A DNA stretch of 58,807 bases, filler included, from Circinaria calcarea (Eukaryota): NCBI GenBank assembly GCA_051942165.1. It is 7 parts of 7 records of this genome, joined end to end, with 100 filler letters (N's around TTAATTAATTAA, not from the genome) between each part and the next. Parts side by side here need not be neighbours in the genome. Positions count along the whole stretch, not along the records: positions 42,111 to 50,417 come from JAVECS010001136.1; positions 50,518 to 58,807 come from JAVECS010001137.1; 5 more parts are not named here. The stretch is one strand, 5' to 3'. Shown piece by piece: positions 48,576-58,807 of the stretch. Position numbers and translations under genes: made by a program. Numbering within the stretch: the first letter of the stretch is position 1; the number at the start of each line of letters is the position of its first letter. The notes under the pieces are model-generated. The model was given only the letters and a program-made list of their open reading frames with translations. It did no database searches and was not told where the DNA came from.

Positions 48576-49608
48576 TACCTTGGTCCTGCGGGTACGGCTT
48601 GTACGTTACCTTTCAGCATCAGCATACTTGAAGACGATTCTAACGATGCAAACAGGTAGTCTCTTGGCAACTCAGCTCGCTCTCTTTCTTGTATTGAGAC
48701 GGTAGCCTCATATTAGGATTCAAGGGGAAGAGGTCACAGTTTGCTATATTTATAGTTTGAGAGGGACTCGAAGACGAGGGATTGAAAAGCAAGCATCTCA
48801 TCCTACAGAGGCTAGCGTTACAATTTGTACCTTCTTCCTATCACCAAAGCCCAACCAGGAGATTCCCACAAAACAATCCTCGCGCAATCCATCACTTGAA
48901 TTTCCCAATCTCCAATACCCAGCATAACCTTAAAACTTACATCTAGGATCTCCCATCCATTTCGATTCACAGACTAAACTCTCCATTTTCAACTCAACGT
49001 GTGCGTTACTACTATGATTGGGTGGTTGGGTACCTAGTAGCAGACTTTACAGCAGTTGGAATCGGATGCTGTGGTCGTGCTCGTGAGTCGATCTTACTAG
49101 GGCACTGCGGTTTTGGTTGAAGGATTTCTGGCAAGGGTACCGCATTCTATTGGGGACATACGGTTCTTCGATGGTGTTGTAGTTTATAGATAATAAGTGC
49201 GAAAGTGATAATAGAAGGGATGTACCTTGTTTGTGGAACAAGCTCTTCCCGAAAATCAGGTGTTCCGTCTATCTCTCCATCGATTTCAAAGGACTTTAGG
49301 ACGTTAAAAGATTTGCAAGGTCTTGGAAACAACATTCGAGGTGAAGGATCTCTAACGCCTGAAAACATCGCAATGATTCAATAGACTTTACTCTCCCCAC
49401 TAAACCATTCTTCCAAGATGAAGCACGCTCAAGTTTCGCAGCTGTACAACTGGGAACGAAGCAACCCTCATAGGCGATCCCGGAACGGCACTACTATTGG
49501 TCCGTGGCAGATTTACAAACAATACTCTATACAAACAAGCGAGCTCTATACAAACATTGTTCTCACTCCTTGAAGACTGGTGGAGAGTAACATCATGCAA
49601 TAAAGAAG

Positions 49609-50417
49609 ATGACCACCCGTAAGCCTGGACTTCAATATAATTGTAGAATTCCAACTAAACATGTACTAGCACAATACGAGCTCGCCGAGCCTCCCTCCGA
49701 TGCCATCTCAGCCATACAATTCGCGCCTACTTCTCTACGACTACTGGTAGCTTCCTGGGATAAGAATGTTTACTTGTACGATATCTCCAGTCCCGGTGGG
49801 CGCCTCTTACAAACCTTCGAACATCGCGCCCCCGTTTTAGATGTCTGTTTTGGCGAGAACGACGAAGAAGCCTACACGGCAGGTCTAGACTGGGATGTCC
49901 GCAAGTCCGTACCGCCCATTGCCCCATTCTTCCACCCCTCACCAAGAAACTAATCTTCCTCCCTCCTCCTTCCAGACTTAATCTCCAAACCGGCGCTCAG
50001 ACTGTCCTCTCCACCCACTCCGCCGGCGTGAAATCACTCGTCTACAGCCGCCCGCACAAACTCCTCATCTCCGCCTCCTGGGACTCCACGCTCCACATCC
50101 ATCACCTTGATGCATCTCCGCCCTCCACTCCCACGACCATCCCCCTCCCCTCAAAACCCTTCTCCCTCTCCCTCACTGCCTCCAAACTCGTCGTCGCAAT
50201 GGCATCACGCGCCCTACACATCTACGACCTCAAATCCCTCGCCGTCCTAACCTCCCAACTCTCCGCCACCTCCACTGAAAACCGAACGCATACGCTCGAG
50301 ATAGAGCCCTGGCAGCGGAGAGAAAGCAGTCTGAAATTTATGACCAGAGCGGTTGCGTGCATGCCCAATGACGCCGGGTACGCGAGCAGCAGCATCGAAG
50401 GCCGTGTCGCCGTTGAG
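49609..50417 (+). CDS. BUB3: Spindle checkpoint WD40 protein Bub3 (3' truncated)
   Basis: PPSDAIS, LLVASWDK, HRAPVLDVCF and RRESSLKFMTRAVACMPNDAGYASSSIEGRVAVE; two introns. Confidence 0.9.
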
Positions 50418-50685
50418 NNNNNNNNNNNNNNNNNNNNNNNNNNNNNNNNNNNNNNNNNNNNTTAATTAATTAANNNNNNNNNNNNNNNNNNNNNNNNNNN
50501 NNNNNNNNNNNNNNNNNGAGCGGTTGAACTATCCACCGAACGCACATATGGCAGAGCCTTCTGCCATGTAATTCCATAGTGAAGTCCATACACATAGAGT
50601 GGTAGTTACCATAGCCAATACAGCCTATTCCACCCTGTATCACATCCATTGATTAACACTGACCTTCCTGGCAGTCGGCATCCTT

Positions 50686-52344
50686 ATGTTAGGGAAGCCG
50701 ATCCTATCTTGGACTCAAAATCTGGAGACAGTATGGAGCTCAGTCGTCGTGACTCTCTATGGCGATAGGGTCCCTCTGATCTCACCCGATCTCAGCATCC
50801 TCACTGCCGTCGGGGCTCAGCAACTCCATTCTGCGGGAGGAGTCTTTCGAGACCGCTACATCGCCCCGTCCACTCCTGCGGTTGCCAACAATCGAATCAT
50901 ACGTGGCATCTCGACGGACGAAATCGACAACAATCAAATCTTTGTGGAGTCTACCATCGATCCCTTCAATGGCGGTTCCGCTCAAGCTTTCATGCAAGGC
51001 CTTTACCCTCCGACGAACGGGACTATTCGACGGTCTGATGGCACAGAAGAGCAATACCCTCTTGATGGCTACCAATATCCTCAACTCTATACCACATCTC
51101 CTTGGGATCCCAACTCAATCTGGCTAGCTGGTGGAGTCAATTGCAATGCATATAAGGATGCAAGAGAGCAATATTTCAGAAGCCCAGACTTCCAAGAGAA
51201 GGTCTCTGAATCAGAAGCTTTTTATGCCGGCCTTGAACCGGACATCTTCGCAGGGGTATTAAATGATTCCTTGGTCAACTACCGATACGCCTACGATATC
51301 TTCGACTACATAAACTATGCCTACCAATGGAACTCGACGATTACGCGTCAGCTCTCGGTCAAAACTTTGTTTACCATTCGGACGCTGGCGGATGAGTGGG
51401 AACATGCTGTCAATGGCAATGTCTCTGCTGGCAACGGAATCAGCACCATCGCAGGCCAAACTCTCTCCGCACATGTCCTTGGTCTTTTGGTCAGCAATAT
51501 CCAAACCAGTGGTGCAAATAATAAACTCAACCTACTGTTTACCAGCTTCGAGCCCATGGTCTCTTTTGCCGCTTTAGCAGGCCTGACAGATTTTCACGAG
51601 GATTTCTATGGCCTACCTAAGTCAGGCTCGTCTATGATTTTCGAGATGTTTAGCAGCGGGGGTAACTTCTCCAATACATACCTAGACCCGTCTGATCTGA
51701 TGGTTCGGTTTCTCTTCCGCAACGGTACAGATTCTCCGGACAACATAACCCCCTACCCAATTTTTGATTATGATAGGAACTCGCTTGAGATGAGCTTCAA
51801 CGACTTTGTCTCTGGCATGGAAAACGTCATGGTCGCATCAGTTGGCGAGTGGTGTGCTATTTGTCGCAGCCGTAGCATCTTCTGTGCCGCCTTCGCGAAC
51901 GATCTCTCTTCTAACAGCACCGGTTTACCTAGTTCCTCATCTGCAAACGTCAACCCCGCAACGCGCCCCGCTGTTGCTGGGATTATAGGTGCTCTCATAG
52001 GTCTTATCATGGCGGGTACCGTCTTAGCAATTGCTATGCTTGTTTTCGGCGTTCGATTTTTCCGTACAAAAACCAAGCGGCGGTCTGAGCTTGCTGGTTT
52101 CAAAGGCGCGGAGAAATTGGCCTCGGACCGGGATCTGACGATTGTGAAATCCAGCGGAGTTGGTGCAACAGTGGTGGGGAAGGGGCATGAAAGGGTTGGC
52201 AGTTGGGAGCTTGGGGAGAGTAGTCGGGGAAAAGGAGCTGGTTCACGAGAGGTCGGTGGTGGGACAAGAGCCAGCTTCGACGATGATGGGATTAGTGTTA
52301 TCGATCATCATTCCGAACCTGTGAAGGTAGTGGAGAGGGTGTAG
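50686..52344 (+). CDS. Histidine acid phosphatase-fold type I membrane protein with degenerate active site
   Basis: LYGDRVP in place of RHGxRxP, LTAVGAQQL, AQAFMQGLYPP, many N-glycosylation sequons and a C-terminal TM helix. The true start or signal exon is uncertain. Confidence 0.8.
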   Translation: MLGKPILSWTQNLETVWSSVVVTLYGDRVPLISPDLSILTAVGAQQLHSAGGVFRDRYIAPSTPAVANNRIIRGISTDEIDNNQIFVESTIDPFNGGSAQAFMQGLYPPTNGTIRRSDGTEEQYPLDGYQYPQLYTTSPWDPNSIWLAGGVNCNAYKDAREQYFRSPDFQEKVSESEAFYAGLEPDIFAGVLNDSLVNYRYAYDIFDYINYAYQWNSTITRQLSVKTLFTIRTLADEWEHAVNGNVSAGNGISTIAGQTLSAHVLGLLVSNIQTSGANNKLNLLFTSFEPMVSFAALAGLTDFHEDFYGLPKSGSSMIFEMFSSGGNFSNTYLDPSDLMVRFLFRNGTDSPDNITPYPIFDYDRNSLEMSFNDFVSGMENVMVASVGEWCAICRSRSIFCAAFANDLSSNSTGLPSSSSANVNPATRPAVAGIIGALIGLIMAGTVLAIAMLVFGVRFFRTKTKRRSELAGFKGAEKLASDRDLTIVKSSGVGATVVGKGHERVGSWELGESSRGKGAGSREVGGGTRASFDDDGISVIDHHSEPVKVVERV

Positions 52345-53304
52345 GAAGGATTTGCAACCAAATTTAAGGTACATGATGTTATGCATTGGGACGAAGGGTG
52401 TATGATTTATCTACTAGCAATATTTCCAGAGATTCTAGGCCAAATACTTGGATACTATTCTACTACTGCTCCTCCTACTAAATTTCCATGGCACTGAAAG
52501 CTCATATCCTTAGGAAGTCTCTTGGCTAGGATGTTGTCGAGGGGAATGGAAGCTAACACATTGAATCCAGTATATTTCTACGTCGCTGATATTTATTGTG
52601 ATGATCTAAACAAATTAAAGTGCACAGGACGTGTGGTAGATGTAGGAGATCTTCGAACGAGACCGTTGAATGGGTCTCAAACGTGGAGTAAACATTAAGT
52701 GGGTGGTCAAGGGAGGGGCTTCGATGATGGCTCGAGCTGCTGGGTGGTGCCTTCCAACATACTAAGGTATATGGAGAGAGCCTCCATGAAGGTTTGTTTA
52801 CATCAGAAAGAGGCTTGCCTTAGGATATTAATCTCAAAGTAAGTGTTCCCAAGCTGCACATGGCATGACTAGGTCAACCGCTCTTGCACAATTGTGACCG
52901 TGACTGAGACTGCTCCGACGGTCACCATGTCTCCGAGAGTGAACGTAGAGATCCTTCCAGAACAGTAGCTGCTCAAAGGGTAAATTAATCCGATTGGAGG
53001 AGATGAGGAGGTTGGGCCGCGCCTTGTGAGGCGTAGGGTTGCGATTTAGCGAAATGTCGAGATGAAAACAAAACCGTCCAGCGTTCAGCGTTAACATCAA
53101 CCAACAACCGTTCGTGATAATCGCCACCCCAACCAGAAATTGCTTCGTTTGCTTTGTCGTTGCTCGGCGCTCCATCTACGAGGGTATACCCCGGTAAGTA
53201 ATCTTACCTAGTCTCGCGCTGTTTTCTTCTTCTTTCCTCAAAACACTTCCACCAAAACCCACGCTGGCATTGCAAAGAGGACAACTCCAAAGAACCAAAG
53301 CAAG

Positions 53305-56300
53305 ATGGCCCAGGAGCCAGAGTCGCCAGCATTTCCTTCACCGTGCAGCGAAGATGACTACTTTGGCGTGTGTAGTATTGACTCAAGCGATTCAGGCTTT
53401 GCTACACCTGACGAGAACGAATACGACTTCGCGTCCTTGAACAACTCTCCCAACGGGTGGGTACATAACAAAGCCTCGAATATCTTCATGGCATCTGCTT
53501 ATCCTCACAGCGAGAACAACGTCTCCACTGCCATCAATACAGCGGCGCGCGCCGCAAATCAACTGATGATGAAGGCTGAGTACCAAGCGCACACAAATGC
53601 GCAGCTTGAAGCCCAAGCAACCACAACCAATTCGAGTGAGTACAGCCATTCAAAAGAAGGGACACATACTGACTAGAGGCGTAAAGACATGGACGTGCAG
53701 CATAGTAACAACATCTACCCCATAGACACCCTGATCAAGCTGGGAAAGACCAGCAGAATCTCTCGTAGAGCGCTCAGATTCAGTGAAGATGCGCCAGCAG
53801 GTAAGCTCTAGCAGTTCGCCACTCAGAGAAGTCACCCAATTTTCCAGTTACTTCTTCCTTCATGTTGCGACTGAAGCACTCGACCCAAGCCGAAAGTCAG
53901 CTGGTGCTTCCTCCACAAGTCTTGGTGCGGTTTGCTATTTGCGACCTTTCCCGGAGTCTTCAACACAGTCAATGTTCTCCTCGTGCACTTTCTAGCCTCT
54001 GGTAATTCCACAGTCTTAGTTTAACACTAAGCTCATACCATTTGCTCCAAACACTGCTCTTATATCTGAGGCTGACCCTTCCAACCGTGCGCAGAATGTG
54101 TTCTTAAAGACAATGTGATGGCGACGAACAACCAAGATGACAAGCGACGTCGCGGACTATCCATTACGTCTCAAGGTACCAATGGATCTGTTGGCGAAGA
54201 TGAACAAGTAATGTTCAAGTCTGTTGGCACCTTATTGGAGCCAGACCCGCTGTCACACCCATGCCGTCAACCGGAAGAGCAACCTAAAGACTGGACTATC
54301 GGAAGGATTGACGGGTTCCATCCTAGACCGGGATTCTTTCAATTCTTAAAAGAGCATGTCTCGCCAACTCATTCGAGGGTTAATTCTGCTGGACGCATCG
54401 TCCCATCCGGACCCAACTCACCGCCACCGACATTTCGTGTGGACTTGATTGATCGAATACTCCAATATGCGGACGAAGGGACACTAGGTAGTGAGACTGC
54501 CGTAGAGAGTACGATGTCGCCGGCAGAAGCAGTCGAAGTTACCGAGGTGGAAGACGGAAAACCCGAGATCAAAGATACAAACCCCGGAGTCGTTGAGGAA
54601 CACAGCATAGACAAGGTTAAGGACTCTCTGAACGTGCTGACCGAAGACATTGATGCAGGCTCTGGCATAGGCAATTCTTCTGTTGCGCCAATCCTAAACC
54701 AGACATCTACTCAACTTACCGTCAAAGGTAGCAGTAGTCCACCCTTGATCCCTCCAGGCGGAGAAGTAATAGGGATCCATATCGACGGGACCTTGGTCAT
54801 CTCTTTGGAGGGAGGCGTGTATCGACTCTCTTCACGTGGAGGGTTTCCGTTCTTGGAGCCGTGTCACAATCCCTTTCAACCGGTACAGGCACCTATGTTT
54901 CAGCCATCTATGGCGATCCAGCCCCTAATGCCTTTTCAGCAACTCTACCCTTATCAACCAGTGCCTTCTTTTCAACAGTTTTCCATGCCACAGCAGGCTC
55001 TTCCCCCAGCTATGAGCGGCACGTTTTATCCCTCGACGCCAAACCATACCTATGGCGCTGATGTCTTTCACACTGTTCAAGAGCCTCTTCCGTGTATGCA
55101 CTTGCGTTATCCGGCGGACGGACTAGTTTTATTCGAACCGCAGATGGCGACCCAGTCTCAAATTCAAGATCTTACTGCCCAGCACCAGGCAGTCGGAGCT
55201 GAATTGAAGAAGGTTGAAAAGAACATAGCACTAAACGAACTTCACTTTAGTCCTATGGAGCTTGTTCAAGTGACTGGTCGTCGCAAGGAACTAGTCGAGA
55301 AGCTCGACGAGATTCGTAAGGCAAAGATCCACCTCGAACGCTCGAGTCATATGTCAACCCAAGCACTCGCACATGCCGAATTACCCGCCGTAGAAGCAGA
55401 TTATCCTGTCTTCCCCGGGCAGCAGACCTTCACCGAGAAGACCGTTGCTTATAGCCGTGTTGAGCCAAATGATGGTCGTCTCGGTAATCGTACAGCGCAG
55501 GTCAACTCGTATGGCTATGAAAGTGGCGCAAATGCTCGTATGAGACATGCGTGGTTGAAGGATGGTCCCGTGAATGGTGGCAGCAAGCAACCATTCTCAA
55601 GCACGAGCAAGAACCTATCTCCCAATGCACCGGCTTTCGTCCCAAGTGCTGGCGCCTCTTCGGCCTTCAATCAAACTCCCGCTCGTGCGCTACAATCAAC
55701 TGGTCGTGATTCAGCTGCGGATTCGTTCGTTTCCGCATGTCCTAATTTGAGTCCCATGCCAAAAGTGGTGGTAGATGATGAAGAGGCCGCTTATTGCGAT
55801 GAGATGGGCTACAACGACCCGAACGATCCCAACAAGATGTATTGCTCTCGACCAGCAGAGTTCAGAGATGCCATCTATCACGTGCGCGATCATGCGAAGC
55901 GCTACGGGTGCAAAGGTGGCCAGAGCAAAGACCCCGAATGGGATGCCGAACAGGACATCCGCTTGGCTATGCACAACAAAGAGCCAATCCCGTTGCCACC
56001 GTGGACTCGCGATTATGCCGCTAACCCACGTCCGTGGGACTGGGCCGACTCCTACTTCAATGTGCGTAAAGATCACGATGCGAATTGGTCCCCTCCACGA
56101 TACCCTCAATATTCAGGCAAAGGGAAATCTCCAGAGGCAGTTCCGCAACATGACAAGACGCAATCACCCGACCCATTTATGGTTGATCCAAATCATCGTC
56201 GTAAGGATAGCTGGGACCTTCCCACTACTCCCTGGAAGCCGGTAGTTGAGCCTGACAGTCCCAACAACGGATCTTCTGACGAGAAAGCCGCGATGGTAGA

Positions 56301-57665
56301 TGGTATTCCTGGAGTTGAAACCGACGAAATGGTGGAGCGACGCGTGAGGAAGCTAATTGGTAGCGAAGTAGTGAACGCCTGGAAGCCGGGATTTAAGGAA
56401 CAGTTCATAGCTGCCTTTAGGAAAACTTCAGGCGCGGCTCAGTTAGTGGCTCCTGTGGAGAAGACAGCTGGTTATCGTCAACCTTATGCCGAGAGCGTTA
56501 CAGACGAGGGATCTGTTGGGTCAGGAAGTCGTGCGCGTAGCAAAGGCATCACAGCGGAGACACCAGGCCAACACCAGGCGGAGTGGATGGACCGTTCTAG
56601 TGGGACGAAGAGCCAGAAAGCCGATAGTAATTTCTGGAACGGTAACGGGTACCAGATGAAACAGAGGTAAGCTGGAGCAGCACTGAGAGATGGATGCGTT
56701 CGAACTGACCGTTTAGTAATGCTCAACCCGAGTCACCTTCACCCATGCCGGTCAAAGCCCCGTGGCCGTTGCCGCGTCGGCCAGTGGTAAATCCAGCCGT
56801 CGCGAAGTATACTGGTTACAATGCTCCTCAGAGGTAAGCATGCGAGTCGAGCGAAGGTGGTGAAATAATGCTGACCATCACAAGTCCTCAACATGCGGCA
56901 CCTGTTCGGGGTTCTTGGACTATGCCAGTTGGCAACCAAGTGAACGCCGCTCAGTATAATTCACTGCAGCCAGTCCAGGGTCCCTGGCCGAAGCCACGCC
57001 ACAATGAAGTGAGACCTGAGGAATTCAATGTAATTCCTGTCGAGAGGTCAGTCGAACGTGATGAAGTGAATGATATAGCCAACACTAACTTGGTGAAACT
57101 CAGTTTCCCAAACAACGGGAAGCCTCACCAAATCCTTCGTGGTGTACTCAAGACTTCGGATTCAAGCACTCAGCACCCGGATGTTTTCTCGTCGGATGCA
57201 CGGAATTTTCAGGGCAATAGCAACATGGCACCAGTGCGAGGGCTTCACCCTCTCGGGAATATGTCCAACATGGTGCCGGCTGCTGTGAATGATCAGCAAA
57301 AATCCACGTACAAGTCTCGTACTTCGATGGCGTCACCCACGTTCCAAGCTCGCGTCCCTCTGCAAACGGGCCCCTCGAAGTCTGCATATGTGAAGAAGAC
57401 ACTGGATGCAGCTGCCAACTCTCGTCAGCCACATCCCTCTCGTCGCCCCGTCGCCATGAACGAAGGCTATCCCAATTCGAACTCTCGAGTCGAGACTGCG
57501 TACAGTGGATTCCCCAACATGGGGCGTAGTTATGATCCAACCGCCTTTACGAAACCTGCCGTTCCGATTCAGTTCCGTCACGACCTTTATATACCGGGTA
57601 AATACGGATACACGCATAAAGGCAACCTCTACGACCCAGTCAACGGTCCTAATCCTGAGTTTTAA
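53305..57665 (+). CDS. Large multi-exon hypothetical protein with coiled coil and PAM2-like motif; 5' exons uncertain
   Basis: Exons at 54115-56667 and ~56880-57665 with GT-AG introns. Contains NLSPNAPAFVPS and a Cys/Trp block (YCSRPAEF..YGCKGGQSKDPEWDAEQDI). Confidence 0.7.
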
Positions 57666-58807
57666 ACTCACTGCTGTATGAAACTGAAAGGATTTGGGCT
57701 GGAGAGGGGGAGTGCGGTGGCAAAGGCTCAGACCGGCCTCGCTTCTCTTTACTTGACCATGCTCATCTTTCCTTCACGACTCCAGATACTGTAGCCGTCA
57801 GCCTGTACTCTCTTTCTTGTCTTATGGAAAAACCCACGCTGTACCTTGTCTATCCTGTTCTGATGAGAACCCCCGAGCTACCTCTAATGCTTTTTGTATG
57901 TCTTTTCCGTTTCTATCCAATCCGCCCTGTAAAGCTGCGCGAGTACGAATGTCTGTATCACATTTGATTTTCTTCATCTTAATGATAAGACTCTCATGTA
58001 AAGCATTCATTCGGAATAGTGACAACAGCAACAGGGCGGACCGGATAAGAAAGAAACTTGAGACTTCTCTTTACAAAAATCATGAGAGCGATGAGCGTGG
58101 GCATAGGAAGGAAGGGATCAAAGACTTTACGATGGCATGTTGTGCAGCTGTTTTCTCTTCTTCTGGACAGACACCAAGGCAACTTCTTTTTGCTCCCCTA
58201 CCATGCCCATTTTTTCCCTTCTCAAGTAGGGGAGCGGAAGGGAATAACGAGATCACGAACACCCCAAAAGTCGAAAATCATAAAACCCAAAAAAGCCCAA
58301 AAAAATTTCGAAAATGGTTGCAGGATTGCGAAGGAAAAAAAAGGGTGGCCGAGTAGGGCGCCATTTACGACACTTTGACGACTGTTTTTGCCCACGTCTT
58401 TCTTTCTTTCTTTGTATGTCAAAACTCGGCTCAGCTTAGATTACGCAGATAGATAAAAAAAAAAAAAAACCAGGAAAATAAAATGTGCCTTTGGGCCACC
58501 AAAAATCGGGGAGAGGTTCATAGGTTTCCTTTTTCTTGGGGGGTGGATGTGACATGTGTGATTTGTAGGATGTGTGAATGTAAGATTGTTAAAAACGTGT
58601 GTAGGGGTGTGTACGATTGTAGGATATGCCCGATATGCCCGATATGCCCGATGTGAAGCAATAGCATAGCATGTATGAGTTTTGTTTTGTTTTTGTGACC
58701 GATTAGATTCTTGGTCGCCATCCCCCCGCCCCCCGAGTGTTTTCCGTTGTGCAAGTGGCCCAAGAGGGAGTGGAGTGGCGCGTTAGGGGTTAGGCGTGGG
58801 CTGGAGA

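Overview
Filamentous ascomycete (Pezizomycotina-type) genomic DNA with spliceosomal introns. The window is not one locus. It is seven ~8.3 kb contigs in descending size order (8328, 8325, 8322, 8321, 8314, 8307 and at least 8290 bp), joined by artificial 100-bp N44-TTAATTAATTAA-N44 linkers, so adjacency across a linker carries no meaning. Core genes: DUG3-like glutamine amidotransferase, Ctr copper transporter, S28 peptidase, POP5, GPN2, BUB3 and an intron-containing tRNA-Lys(CTT). Non-self-recognition genes: an intronless HET-NB-ARC-TPR NLR, a HeLo-like/ankyrin protein and a HET pseudogene. Decayed metabolic genes: EgtD/EasF-like methyltransferase, MFS transporter, and an O-methyltransferase/P450 pair with RIP-like damage. 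There are also several fold-back or MITE-like elements. The most striking item is a bacterial-type Doc (death-on-curing) toxin gene, tail-to-tail with an orphan gene whose product looks mitochondrion-targeted. The pair is a candidate fungal toxin-antidote module, which is an inference and untested. Gene models were read by eye, so exon boundaries are approximate unless stated.
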